Assembly: GCF_001194135.2 (NCBI RefSeq)
Contig: NC_068982.1
Span: 190,191,537-190,241,125 of the forward strand
DNA length: 49,589 nucleotides
Source of the DNA: Octopus bimaculoides
Lineage: Eukaryota
Direction of reading: 5' to 3'
Below the pieces are notes generated by a model, which was not told where the DNA came from, did no database searches, and was given only the letters and a program-made list of their open reading frames with translations. Position numbers and translations under genes: made by a program. This document shows, piece by piece, positions 23,156 to 36,398 of this stretch (position 1 is its first letter; every line of letters begins with the position of its first letter).

Positions 23156-25025
23156 TTCATGTGTAATGAGATTGCAAGTGTGCATACACATACATTCAAA
23201 ATGTATTCTCACATATATGACTTTTGTGTCTTTGCATATACTCTCACAAAATTACTTGTGTGTGTGTGGAGAGAGAGAGAGAGATTGTATAATACATGCA
23301 CACACCCGTTTAAAATTAACTCTATATAAGAATGTATATTTAGCATTACCTTAAAATAAATTTTGGGTTATAACCCCTAGGGAGAGCATTTTAAAAATAC
23401 ATATACATGCACACACGCACGCACACACACACACACACACACACACATTTGTACCATGATTTATATACAATACACACACACACTACATGATTAGGTTGCC
23501 TTCCTATTCTTGAGGATTCTGCAAGAGTTTGGTGGAGGTGGCTCTGGGTGGAGGTGAGGGCTTTCTCCGAGAGGTTAGGGGAGTGCGTGGGTAGATAGAT
23601 GGGAGAATGGCTGGTGGTGGTGGTGCTGGGGTGGAATGGGTATTAAGATGTTGTAGGCTTGTGTGATTGGTCCATTTTAAGACTGAAGTATCAAGCAAGA
23701 AGCATACCAACTGACACAAGCCGGTGCTGGTGGTAGCAGTGATGGGAGAGAAAGGATGCTATGTAACCCCACCCCCACCCCGTGCCTCCACTCCTACCTA
23801 GTTCTCAGCATCATCAGTAAGCTATATACAGCTGGTAGTAATATTAGGGTCTGCAGGCGGTGGCGGTGGTGAAGCTGGGGAAGGTAGGGTGGGATTATAT
23901 TTAGCCTACCTCAATGTACACTTATAGATAACTCTATATTTAGCTCTTTTCTCCTTTCTTTGCACCTTCATTCTCTTCTTTTTTTTGGGGGGGGGGGGTA
24001 TCTTTATTATTAATCATTAATTATTATCTGTATTAGCATTATTATTATTATTACTAAAAGACCATTATTATTTACTTTTATCATTATTGTTATTATCTTT
24101 GTTTTTCTTCCATTTTGTTCCTTTCTTTTGCTGGGTATTTCATGGGGTTCGGATGTGGGATGGGTGAGGGTGGAGGAGTCCAGCTTTTAGTTTTTGGGTT
24201 CGTCAACAAAAACAATTGTGTTGCTACCATGGTAACAGTGCTTCTGCCATGTGTATACATGTATGGGGAGGTATGAGTTTCTAAGCATATATATATATAT
24301 ATGTACTTGTGTATGCATGTGTATTTTGTAGACATGTAAATACGTATGCATATATACATATCTACATGTGTGTGTGTGTGTGTGTGTACATACGTCTATA
24401 TATGTGAAGATATTTGTATGTGTGTCCCTTCACTTGTACATTCAATGATGTTTGTATGCATTTACCTGTAAGCATTCAGGTATGTATATTTGTGTACAGG
24501 TATGTATATTGTATACACATCCTGAAGAATGTGTTTGTGTGTGCACAAATGGGGTGTATGTGCAGGTATTTGAAGGTGTGCGAGTGCATGCGAGCTTGGA
24601 AGTAAAAGTCTGTTTGCACCCACATAGGAAAGCATGTGCTTGTATATTTGCATATACGAATGTTGTAGTGTGCTTTTTGTGTGCACTTGCTCCTGCAGTT
24701 GCTTGCATGTTTTCATATGCACACACAGGCAATGGTGTGTGTGTGTGCATGAACTTGCATTTACACCTTTATGTGATTGTGACTGCTTTCTCACATAAAC
24801 ATACCTTGATATGTACACGCACACACATCCTTGGGATGTGTGCCTAAGTACATAAATAGCTTCAACTGTACAGGTGAATGAACACACATATGCCCACACA
24901 CACATGTACACACACTTCACATGTGCGGGGAAAAAAAACACATTCATACATCTTCACATGTGGATGCATATATGCACCCACACAGCCGTATATATACATA
25001 TGTGTATATATATATACATACATAA

Positions 25026-25074
<49 letters not shown>

Positions 25075-25445
25075 NNNNNNNNNNNNNNNNNNNNNNNNNN
25101 NNNNNNNNNNNNNNNNNNNNNNNNNNNNNNNNNNNNNNNNNNNNNNNNNNNNNNNNNNNNNNNNNNNNNNNNNNNNNNNNNNNNNNNNNNNNNNNNNNNN
25201 NNNNNNNNNNNNNNNNNNNNNNNNNNNNNNNNNNNNNNNNNNNNNNNNNNNNNNNNNNNNNNNNNNNNNNNNNNNNNNNNNNNNNNNNNNNNNNNNNNNN
25301 NNNNNNNNNNNNNNNNNNNNNNNNNNNNNNNNNNNNNNNNNNNNNNNNNNNNNNNNNNNNNNNNNNNNNNNNNNNNNNNNNNNNNNNNNNNNNNNNNNNN
25401 NNNNNNNNNNNNNNNNNNNNNNNNTTTTTCATTTTAAATTTGCTT

Positions 25446-25483
25446 TAACCCTAACCCTAACCCTAACCCTACGGTTAGGGTTA
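25446..25483. repeat. Interstitial telomere-like (TAACCC)4 followed by inverted GGTTAGGGTTA
   Basis: Direct reading; 11-bp stem with CTAC loop. Confidence 0.85.
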
Positions 25484-28400
25484 ATTGTTTCAGAATCGTT
25501 TGTTTATGTAGTTGGCACTTAATGTATATCGGCTGAATGGACGTCAGTGATTGGTTGAAATTACAGAAATACAACAATTTTAACATGGAATAACTTATGG
25601 ATTTCTTTTTTTTTTTAAGACTAAGAGAAAAAGATGTTTTATATGACACATTCTACCAGTGTTCCAAGTTTCAAAGTGTTTCGTTAATGAAAAATGTGGC
25701 CCCCGTTTTAAAAAAGATCCATTCTTTCTAAGCCTAGTACTTATTCTATCGGTCTTTTTTGCCAAACCACTAAGTTACAAGCACGTGGCCCCTTGCCATA
25801 ATCCTCAGACAACCTCATGCCACAGTGCATGTATGACTAGGTTGATATTGTCACTTACAGAGGAGAGGGATCCATTCCATCAACAACCTTTCAGACTGAG
25901 CAGCAGTGGCATAGGTAACCTATGCTGGCTGCTCCGTAGGGTTGAACTGATGACTTGGTGATTGCAAAGTGAATTGCTTAATCATTTGGTCACGTCTGCC
26001 AAAAGCATGCATGTTTAAATTAATCTTCTTTCACTTCTCTCCCATTTCTCTCTCACCCTTTTCTCTCTCTCCCTTTTCTCTCTCTCTCCCTCTCTTTTCT
26101 CTCTCTCTCAACCTCACACAGGGATCTTTTCTATGGTCACTCTGTCTGCTAGAAATAGCAGTTATTAGAAATAAAACAGAAAAGACACTCAGGTTAAAGT
26201 TGTCCCAGCTGAATAAATGTCCAGCATTCTCACTGTTTCTGCTGGACAGTGTCCATCTGCTACTGACATATTTGTGTCTTTAAACATAGCACACCCATAA
26301 GAAATATTATCTTCAGGTAAATACTGCAGTATTATTTCCTATACATTTAGTAAAGTACACAGTTGTCTATTTTAATCTATTCTGCCTTTGTTGCATATAA
26401 CAAATTCTTATTCAGCCACCCAGCTCGTTGCAACACCAGGGATTGTTCACTCACTGTTTTTCTATATCAGTGGTGATGGTCTTAACATACAGTTGGTAAA
26501 ATTCTAACCCATAGGCACTCAAAGATCTCCCTTAATTTTACCTGCCAAGGGTTGTATCATTTAAAGATACAACACTGCCTAAGACCTCATATGCACACAC
26601 TAATGCACATATACATGCATACACATACAAACATGGACAGGCATACACACACATGCACATATGTACATACACACATACATACATACATGTTACCTTAGTC
26701 AAACTACCTCACATATATGGTTGTACATTATTAAGAATACTTTTTCTCATATATTTACACTACAACTCATAAATAATACAGACCAGAAAATAGCAACACA
26801 CACAAAAAGGTAATTCCTCACGTGAATATTTGAGATATATTTTGTATTCAGGATCTTGGATCCAATCCAGCAAAGAGTGAATGTCATTCTGGCAACCTTA
26901 CTTCCCATGGGTTGGCTTGCCTACATGTTGTTGTTGTTGTGGCTGTATGGATGTATGAAAGAGAAAGAGTTATGTGTACAGTGGTGGTGGTGGTGGTGAT
27001 GGTGGTAACTACACACTAAGATGGTGAGAAATTGAAAAAAAGTCTCATCTTAAAAGCTTGCTAACTCACGGGGTTCCCATTTCTCCCTACTTACAGATAT
27101 GGGAAAGCCTTTGACCCCTAAACTAATCTAAGATACTCACTGCACATATTCTTACACATACAAAAACATATCCCCACATTTTGTATGGATGCATACACAC
27201 ATTTATGCACACACCACTACTACCTGCTAGCTCAATCACACGCATACACACATCACTTCACCCATATCATACACACATACATTACCTTAGCCGTACAATC
27301 ACACTTTCCTCATAATCACACACATATCGCATGACACATACGCTCACACATTTAGCTTCGTCTACACACACACACATACACACACACACACACACAATTA
27401 TCCTTCTCCATCTATTTTCTGTATGGATTAGTCAGAACCTGTCTCCCACAGCATCTTCTCACTTATTGCAGTCCTTTGTCAGCCATTTTGCTAGAGTTAT
27501 CATTCTGAAATCAAACCTTTACCACATTTTCCCATGTCTTCCTCATGTTTCTGCAATATATATGTTTGTGTGTGTGTGTACTTGTGTGTGTGTGTGTGTA
27601 CTTGTGTGTATATGTATGCACATATGTTTATATGTATGCACATATGTATATATATATATATATTCACATGTCGTCTGCATGCAGTCCATGATGAATGCAT
27701 GGCCACACTTCTTTACGTGTTTAGGCCTGTTGCGTGATTAACACAAACAAAAATGCTTGTGTCAGTGTTGTTTGTTTCCAGGTCTCCACATAAACATGTT
27801 TAGGTTGCTTGTTGTTTAATAGACTGTGTGATTTATTGCTTCACCTGGAAACAGGTGGGATTTGGTATCAGGAAGAGTGCCCAGCTATAGAAAAGTCTAC
27901 CCTAATGTACTCTCATTTGAATCATGCATGAGGGTGGTGGTTGTGAGGAAGGCTAATGAAAGAGGAAGGTGCAAGAGGGACCTGTGTGAGCCCAGGAACT
28001 TCCTAGTATCCCAGAGATACATGTAATAATTCATGTTTGTAAGGGGATCAAAAAGAAACTTTGTGCCACTTCATGAAAATTCATCTCAGAGACCCTGATT
28101 GTAAATGTGCATTCGGTATTATATATGGAATTATATCTGCAGTGGTGTGTGTGTGTGTGTGTAATCTCTTGCTGGCAGCACCAAGCAGTTTGGTAAACTG
28201 AAGTGATGCTCAGATGAAAGAAAGGACAACCTAAATAAGCAACAAAGCAATACACACACACATGTGCATATATGCACACACATATACACATGTGCACACA
28301 TACAGACATATATACATACATATACACACGTGCATATACACATGCACATATACACATGTGCATACATATACACATATACTTGCACATGCATATACACATA

Positions 28401-29473
28401 TATACATGCACATACATATACACATATATACATGCACATACATATATGTGCATACATATACACATATACATGCACATACATATACACACATATACATACA
28501 TATATACATATGTGCATACATATGTATAGATTATGTTGATAAATTCTGTGTGTGTGTGTGTGTGTGTGTAGTACAATTCCATAAGCAACTTTGTGTGTGT
28601 ATGAAGATTCTCTATCAGTCAAAATTGACTATACAGCTATACTTGTGGCCGATGCCAGTACCTCCTGACTGGCACCTGTGCTGGTGGCATGTAAAAAGCA
28701 CCATTCATGCATGGTTGATACAAGTGCCTCCTGACTGGCTCCCGTGCCAGTGGCACGTAAAAAGCACCATTTATGCGCGGTTTATGCATATGTGTGTGTA
28801 TACGTTCATGTGTGCATATCTAGGTTTGTGTATGTGTGCGTTCATGTGTATGCATATGTCTTGTACATTTTTGTGCATTTGCACATGTTCATTTATATGT
28901 GTATGCATGCATGCGGTTCTTTCTGTGAATATGTTTCTGAGTATCCCATGTGTGTGTATGTGTGTATGCTCTTGCAATCCTCTATTTCATTGTGCATGTG
29001 TGAAACTGCGTGTGTGTGTGTGTGTGCAGTTGTTACCATAAAAGTATAGTGCTGCGGAAGGGTAACGTCTGCGCATGTGTGTACAGCTGTGAATATGTGC
29101 ATGTGATCATGTTTATGTACTTCTGACTGAGTTTATGTTTGTGTGCATTTGCGTACACAAATATATATGTTTTGATATGCAAGTATATGTTGTTTCTGAA
29201 AATATATTCCCATGTGTAGATTTTCCTGCATGTCACCCAGTACATTCGAATGAGTATGCATACTTGCATCAGAGATTTGTCCTCTGGGTAGGAAAGGCAT
29301 AAACTGCCTGTTCAGACCAACACTATTAATATTAAGCATGTAAGATACTAGTGCACAACCTGTTGTTTTATGCCTGGAATAACTAAGACTTTGTTTCATT
29401 GAAATATAACTGTATATTCAAGAGAGAATTAAGAGAAGGTAAAACAATATTGAAACAAAAAAAAAAACATTAA

Positions 29474-29689
29474 CCCTTTCGTTATCAACCCGGATGAAAC
29501 CAGCTCTGTAATACAAATGTCTTGTTTTCTTAAGTTTTGAATGAAAATCTTCCACCAAACCTTAGTCACAATTTATGTTCCTAACACTAGCTGAATGACA
29601 ACTAAGTTATTTTACTAAATCCTTTGTTATATTTAAAATTAATTGAAAGAAACACAGAGCATCTCAACAGAAATATGGCAACAAAAGGG
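29474..29689. mobile_element. piggyBac-like MITE, copy 1
   Basis: TTAA|CCCTTTCGTT...ACAAAAGGG|TTAA; TTAA at 29470-29473 and 29690-29693. Confidence 0.8.
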
Positions 29690-29720
29690 TTAAAATATAT
29701 AATAGAGAAACAATTCTTAA

Positions 29721-29922
29721 CCCTTTCGTTACCATCCTAGCTGAAACCACCTCTGTTTTGAAATAAGTTTTGAAATAAAATCTTCCACCAAACCTTAGTC
29801 ACAATTTATGTTCCTAACACTGGCTTAATGACAACCAAGTTATTTTACTAAATTCTTTGTTATATTTAAAATTAATTGAAAGAAACACAGAGAATCTCAA
29901 CAAAAATACATGAACGAAAGGG
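29721..29922. mobile_element. piggyBac-like MITE, copy 2 (same orientation, 27 bp after the TTAA of copy 1)
   Basis: TTAA|CCCTTTCGTT...AACGAAAGGG|TTGA; internal sequence near-identical to copy 1. Confidence 0.8.
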
Positions 29923-31219
29923 TTGAATAGATCAAAATACGTATGTTATTTAGCATCACCTATTTTCATGGAGCACATTGCCATCTTCTAATGTACTGTT
30001 TCTAAAGAGTGAATTTAGTTCCTGAAGGAGTTGAGCAATATAGAAATGACTCCTCGTTTAATGTCCGTTTTCCATGCTGGCATGGAGTGGACGGTTTGAC
30101 AGGAGCAGGTAAGCTGGAGAGCTCCATTAGTTTCCATTTGTTTTCATGTAGTGCCAGCACATTTCAGGTAGCACCAGCCCCTTCTTTAACTACAAAATTA
30201 ATTTTCGTAGTCATTCACGTAATGTCATTAAATATCTACAGAAAATAGAATTGCTATTTTCTCCAAGTCGTATTAACTTGTCAATAACTTGACGTATCTC
30301 AACAAAAGATTGATTGGTAAATGAAACTTCTTTCCATAGTTAAAGCTAATGAAATTTTGAGTAGATATACATTTCCACATTAAAAGGGTTAAGCTGATTG
30401 GGTGTGATGCAAGGAAGATTTGGCTTCTATTTCTAGCGAGATGGGAGGCCAATTAAACATTCCATTATTTACTCAAGGGATGTGTTGGGGGTGGGGTGGA
30501 GTGGTGTTGATATTGATGGTATTAAGCCAGGTGGTGTTTTTAGACTACAACCAATGTTGTAGACTGTGAAGAGGGGGTACATGCTCGCATATGTAGGGCC
30601 TCTCAGAGGAATTTTATCAGAGATACAAAGTTACTTTTGGGGCCCTTCAACATATGTTACTCTTCAATATATGTAAACACTTTCTGAGAGCTCTGGAAAT
30701 CCCCAAGTCCAGGTTTTCTGTACCCCTCCCCTCTCCCACAGCCTCTGTGTGAGGTGGGTGAGATGTCTATAATTAGATATGATTTCCATCCATAAATGTT
30801 CTATTTGCTGTTCCTGTTCTCGTTAGGAAAACCATTAACATCAAAATGTGCCATTTCCTATCCCCAGGGCTTGTGATGTCTACAAGAAAAACCTGTATGA
30901 GCCAACAAGAGAATCACTCCATGGTCTGTTGATTTGCTAGAAATATCAGCCAAGTCCCCTTCAGGTCATACACAATTATCTTAAAAAAGACACACAACCT
31001 GCACAATAAAATGCTAGATATTCATAAAGCTGGTTTGTCATAAATGGAATGGCTTTCATTATAGGTCTGTTCAAAACACTATAGATGGATAAGGGACCTG
31101 TGATATCTGGTGTGAATGCTTTCCACAAAATGATATATCTAAGAGATAACTACAACAACTACAAATATAAATGGTTCCAGCATCTGCATAAGGAAGTAAT
31201 GATTGCCCATGTATGTGCA

Positions 31220-31560
31220 TGATCATCTTGATCATGCTGGTTCCACATCAAATGCATCCGTGCTGGTGCCCATGTCAAATACTGTTATGCTGGAATGGGT
31301 TGCACAGTTTGACAGGAGCTGCACCAGGTTCCAATTGTCTGTTTTGACATGGTTTCTATAGCTGGATGCCCTTCCTAATGCCAACCATTTTACAGTGTAG
31401 TAGGTGCTTCTTGTGTGGAACCAGCACAGGTGCATTTGATGTGGCACCAACACAGGTGCATTTGATGTGGCACCAACACCGGTGCATTTGATGTGGAACC
31501 AGCACGGGTGCATTTGACATGGCACCAGCACCTGTGGGTTTGCCAAGTATCTTGCATGAC
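31220..31560 (-). mobile_element. SINE-B copy with internal 26-bp tandem repeat x5 (31401-31530)
   Basis: Unit caggtgcatttgatgtggcaccaaca. Confidence 0.8.
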
Positions 31561-31735
31561 AAGGACCTCTCAGCTGAGAAAAGGGGCTGTGTGCCAGTTG
31601 AGAAGTTGGAGTATGATCAAGGGACAGGGATAGCTGTCTTACTACTGAGGAGATACTGGGGCTACCCTGTCTGTTGTAATACTGATTGTAGTCATTCACC
31701 AATACACTTCAGCTGCTAGGCAACAGATATGCTCG

Positions 31736-31795
<60 letters not shown>

Positions 31796-32109
31796 ATGCC
31801 ACATTTTCTTAATCAATACTACAATGACATGTGCTCTTTTGTGCAATCTTGCAATGAGCCACTCTCACCCAAGCTTACTCACTCACTTTTCTGTCCTAAT
31901 CTCATTGCCCTTGCTGGAGTCTCACAAGATCTGGTATTATCCAATATAGCCAATCCTTCTTCCTCCACTTGTAATCCTTCTGGACTTCCCTCCCTGCTCA
32001 TGTCATTTCTCCAGTCATTTATTTGCTATTATTCAAGAGACAAACCTCATCAACAATGTCAGTCTCAACCAGCATCAGAGGACCTGCAAAAAACCCTTTC
32101 GATGTACAG

Positions 32110-33115
32110 GAAGCCCAGCATCTGAAGAGCCTTTCTCTCCACTTTGTCCCACATCTTCCTGGGTCTACCCCTTCCACAAGTACCCTCTACAAGTAGAGCA
32201 CAACACAGCACTTCTTTACAATTCTATATTTAAGAGATGAGGAATTATGTACATTATTTACATTTGATGGATATTTGTCCTCATCTTGTTTGTTGTTAAC
32301 ACAACGTTTTGGCTGATATACCCTCGATCCTTCATCAGGTGTCTTGGGGAAATTTCGAACCTGGGTTCTCATTCCTAAGGTATTTTTCAATGTTATTATT
32401 ATTACTATTAGCCAAAACGTTGTGTTAACAACAAACAAGATTAGGACAAATATCCGTCAAATGTAAATAACGTAAAGCACTTCTTTATACAGCTATCCTC
32501 ATCCATATGCATCACATGACCAAACCAGCACAATCTTCTTTCTTGCACACAACATCTGATGCCTCTTATACCCAGTTTCTCTCTCAAATCATTTACGCTC
32601 TCTCATGCATGCACACTGACATTACCCATCAAGCGAAGCATGCTGGTTTCATTTCTTTCAAGCCTTTGCACATCCTTTGTCATCATAACCCATGTTTCAC
32701 TGCCATGTAACATAGCTGTACGTACACAGGCATCATACAGTCTGTCTTTCTCTCTGAGGGAGAGGCCCTTAGTTACCAACAAAAGTAGAAGCTTTCTGAA
32801 CTTTGCCCAGTCTGTTCTTATCCTAGCAACTAGACTTTCAGAATTCCCTCCTACACTGCTAACTTGGTCTCCTAGGTAACAGAAGCTATCTACTACTTCT
32901 AATGATCTCTCCAAGCATTTGAGGGAGTCTACTGTCTGTGCATTTTTAGTGCTTATTGTACCTGCACATTTGCCACACACAAAGACTATGTTTTCCATTA
33001 ACCTTCCTGTGATACTGCTGCACCTCTTACATGTCCAAAGCTTGCACTGGATCCAATGTATGGGGTTTCTGCTAAACCCTTCTTATATACTAAGCGAAGC
33101 CATCTCCCTGAAAGG
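32110..33115 (-). pseudogene. Decayed RTE-clade LINE, 3' part of ORF (late RT, Cys-rich insertion, C-terminus), interrupted by a SINE-D insertion
   Basis: Minus strand reads ...QCKLWTCKRC...FVCGKC...LEVVDSFCYLGDQ...RLYDACVRTAMLHGSETW...LERNE, then LCWFGHVMHMDEDSCIKKC and GTCGRGRPRKMWD; frameshifts and stops present. Confidence 0.88.
32219..32475 (-). mobile_element. 5'-truncated SINE-D (hammerhead-bearing) insertion with inverted duplication of its 3' part
   Basis: 12-bp TSD AGCACTTCTTTA at 32207-32218 and 32476-32487; inverted arms about 32254-32314 and 32410-32470. Confidence 0.85.
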
Positions 33116-33149
33116 AGTTGCGGGAGAGGGCCCTGCTCGATATGTAAGA

Positions 33150-33320
33150 AGGGTTTTTATATATGACCGGCTTCTTTCCATCTCTGTCTACCAAATTTAC
33201 TCTCACAGTTTTGGTCGGCTTGGAGAGCCCTAATAAACAACACTTGCTGAAGATGCCACACAGTGCAACTGAACCTAGAACCATGTGGTTGGGAAGCAAA
33301 CTTTTTCTCACATGGCCACA
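33150..33320 (-). mobile_element. SINE-A head (3'-truncated) directly 5' of the RTE fragment
   Basis: Head through aagaagccggtc, no tail. Confidence 0.75.
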
Positions 33321-33891
33321 TGTGTGCGTATAGATTTGTATGTGTATAATTATCTAAATGCATTCATGCATGCATCTCTGCAATGAATGTATTGCATCTC
33401 TGCTTGCAATAGATTTATGCATATATATCTGTGCAAGATATTTAGTTTCCTAGCTCTGCAAATTCATTTATAAATGTGAATTTAGAATATGCCAATGTAT
33501 ATTGTATGCTAATCAAGCTGTTTATATGCGTTCCTCATTTGTATGCAAATTTTAGCAGGGAACAGTCTTTTTTTACGCTTCTCTGCACAAGTGTATACAC
33601 CTTGATCAGAATTCCACTTTGATATGAAACTCTGGCCAAGTTGTGAGGTTGCATGCAGTATGAGAGAGTTGGGGGAAAGAATTGGTTTGTTTCCTTATTT
33701 TATCTTCTCAATGTTTACCATTTCTTCCTCTTTCTCCTTCCATCTTTTTCAACTTGCTTCACCTACTCTATCTCTCATTCCTCTCTGCTACTCTTTCTTT
33801 CACCATTTCCGCCCTTCTTCACTCACTCTCTCCTTCACTTGTATCTCTTTTTCTGTTAACTCTCTCTTACACATACATACCCACCGGCCTT

Positions 33892-33940
<49 letters not shown>

Positions 33941-34307
33941 TCTCCTATTGTCGCGTACTCCGTAGCTCTCTCTTTCTCTCTCTCTGAGGTAGTTAAGTAA
34001 AAAGAAAAAAAGAAAAAAAGAAAAACAAACAGCTGTACTAGTTGCTGACTGTCAGGTAAACAAGGTGACGAAGTGATACGAGGGTGGCGGAGGTAGGGAG
34101 ATTATGGGGTGTCACACATAATCATACCTACACACATAAATTCTATGCGCACACACACTAAACATTCATTCCTTAATACGCTCTTCTACATACATACATA
34201 CATACTTCAGCGTGGTCTTTGCTTAGATTTCTAAAACAAATGTAATGCGAACTTAAGTCCACACGTGTGCTCATTACACACACGCACGCACAATGTTACT
34301 TTCAGTA

Positions 34308-34548
34308 CAGCAATCCCTCGACTATCGCGGGTGTCACGTTACAAAACACCCCGCGATGGCTGAGAATTCGCCAAGTAGAAACAACCCTGTACTGTGTATA
34401 TTTGTTTTAAAATTATTTTTATTATTTATATATATATATATATATATATTCATTTTATTGTAATTGCAAGACAACAGCACGGAGGAATCGACGTAAGCTT
34501 AGATAATAAACCGCGATAGGTGAGCCGCGATACGGCGACGGATTACTG
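34308..34548. mobile_element. pogo/Tigger-type MITE
   Basis: TA|CAGCAATCCCTCGACTATCGCGG...CCGCGATACGGCGACGGATTACTG|TA: TIRs with TA TSD. Confidence 0.8.
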
Positions 34549-35134
34549 TACGTGACGGCACACGCACACACACACACACATATACACAGACACGCACATT
34601 CTCTCTCTCTCTCTCTACCTGTCTCTCTCACTCGCGCGCGCACCCATATACACGTGCGCATATTACATACACTCTCCTCTCTCTCTCCCTCATTCTCTCT
34701 CTCCCCCCACTCTCTCTCTCTCTCTTACAGCCAGGTACATGTGAACCTTGAAGATATCTCTGTGAGCCTTAAAGATTGTATATCTGCTGCAACCTCTTTC
34801 TTAACCGTTCCTCCTCCTACTACTTCTCGTCGTCTCCTCTGGAGGTTAATAGGAAGAGTAGGAAGAAGGGGTATCAGGTTTACTACTACTTAACCCCAGG
34901 TCAACTATGATCGAACAGACTTACGACAAAAGGAACTCCAGCCGTGACCATCCCCTCCAGGTTTGTTTTTTTTCTTCAGGCAACGTCGTCTTCAATTGTC
35001 TATATTTTCCAATAAAGACATCATTTATTTTTTCGAAAAAATTAGAGGAGATTTGACTTCTATTTCTAGCAAAGTGAGCCAAATCGCACAAGGCTCCTTC
35101 ATTGGCTTGTGCCATTATTATTATTCGGGCAGAA

Positions 35135-35330
35135 TGCTTAAGGGCCTGGCAGAATCGTTAGCATGCCGGGCGAAATGCTTAGCGGGATTTCGTCCGTTTT
35201 TACTTTGAGTTCAAACGCCGCCGAGGTCGACTTTGCCTTTCATCCTTTCAAGGTCGATAAATTAAGTACCAGTCGAGTGCTGGGCTCCCCCAAATTTCAT
35301 GCCTTGTGCTTTTAGTAGAAAGGATTATTA
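35135..35330 (+). mobile_element. SINE-C copy with CpGs retained
   Basis: ggcagaatcgttagcatgccgggcgaaatgcttagcggg...gccgaggtcgactttgcctttcatcc. Confidence 0.85.
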
Positions 35331-35901
35331 TTATTATTATTATTATGAATTGTTACCTCGTTGGTCAAAGTGTCTTTTGTAATCTGAGTTCAATTCCTGC
35401 TCAGGTCGTCTCAGATAAATCGAACAGAGCAGCAATGGATTCGCAGAATCATTAAATACTTTTTGGTATCTAATTCCAGCTCTTTACATTCTGAGTTCAA
35501 ATCCTGTCGATGGTCCTTTGCCTTTCATCTTTTAAAGTGCCAGTCAAATACTGGAGGAAAATTACAGGATTCTTCTTTTCTTCTCCTTAAATTTTTGACC
35601 GAAATTATCATTATTATATAATGGCGACGGTCGGCCAAGACCAGTCGATTAGAAGACTATCATTTTATTCAGTTACATCATTTAATGTTTCCGGCTCGAA
35701 TCCCGCTGGTTACGACTTTCTCTTTCATGCTTCCGGGGACTAAATGAAGTCAAGTACCAATGAAGTCGATTTAATCAACTTTTTCCCCAAAATAATATTT
35801 TATTTTGCTACAAACTTTTATCATTCTTGCCACTTTTTTTAAACTCGAAGACAATGGAATTTCATTTTAGAGATGGTAGTGGACTGGACAAAATGGTTTC
35901 T

Positions 35902-36158
35902 AGTAAAGATTGTTTGCCAGCATAACATGGCAGTCCTGGTTTAGGACGAATGTTGCTGTAATTTAGCCCCAGGAGACATCGTCTCCAGTTGGCAAGGCGA
36001 TACGATCTGTGTCCTAATATATATATATATTTTTATATTTATAAGGACACAGATCGTGTCGTATAGCCAGCTGGAGACGATGTCTCCTGGGCTTAAAATT
36101 ACAGCAACATTCGTCCTAAACCAGAATTGCCATGTTATGTTCTCAAATAATCTTTACT
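35902..36158. mobile_element. Near-perfect palindromic (fold-back) MITE with AT-rich central loop
   Basis: agtaaagatt...aggacgaatgttgctgtaattt...caggagacatcgtctccag...gatctgtgtcct / aggacacagatc...ctggagacgatgtctcctg...aaattacagcaacattcgtcct...aatctttact; arms about 115 bp. Confidence 0.88.
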
Positions 36159-36398
36159 CCAAAATACTGTTGCTGAATATCTCTCGTTGTGAGATTTTAA
36201 AATAGTAATTTTCTAAAATGGTTTGTTTAGTTTTATGTCTCACTGCATTAAGCTCAAATCGTAATGGGGCCTTATCTTCCCAACATCGATACAATATTAT
36301 ATTAGGGTCTATCTGATTGATTGTAACCCGGCATACCTACACAAGTGTAACCCTCCCCCCCCCCGACTTTGTTGCCTCATGACTTCCAAGAAAATAGA

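Noticed and set aside
22854-29102. Numerous His/Thr-, Cys/Val- and Tyr/Ile-rich ORFs (metallothionein-like look)
   Set aside because: All derive from CA/TG/TA microsatellites and are open in several frames on both strands.
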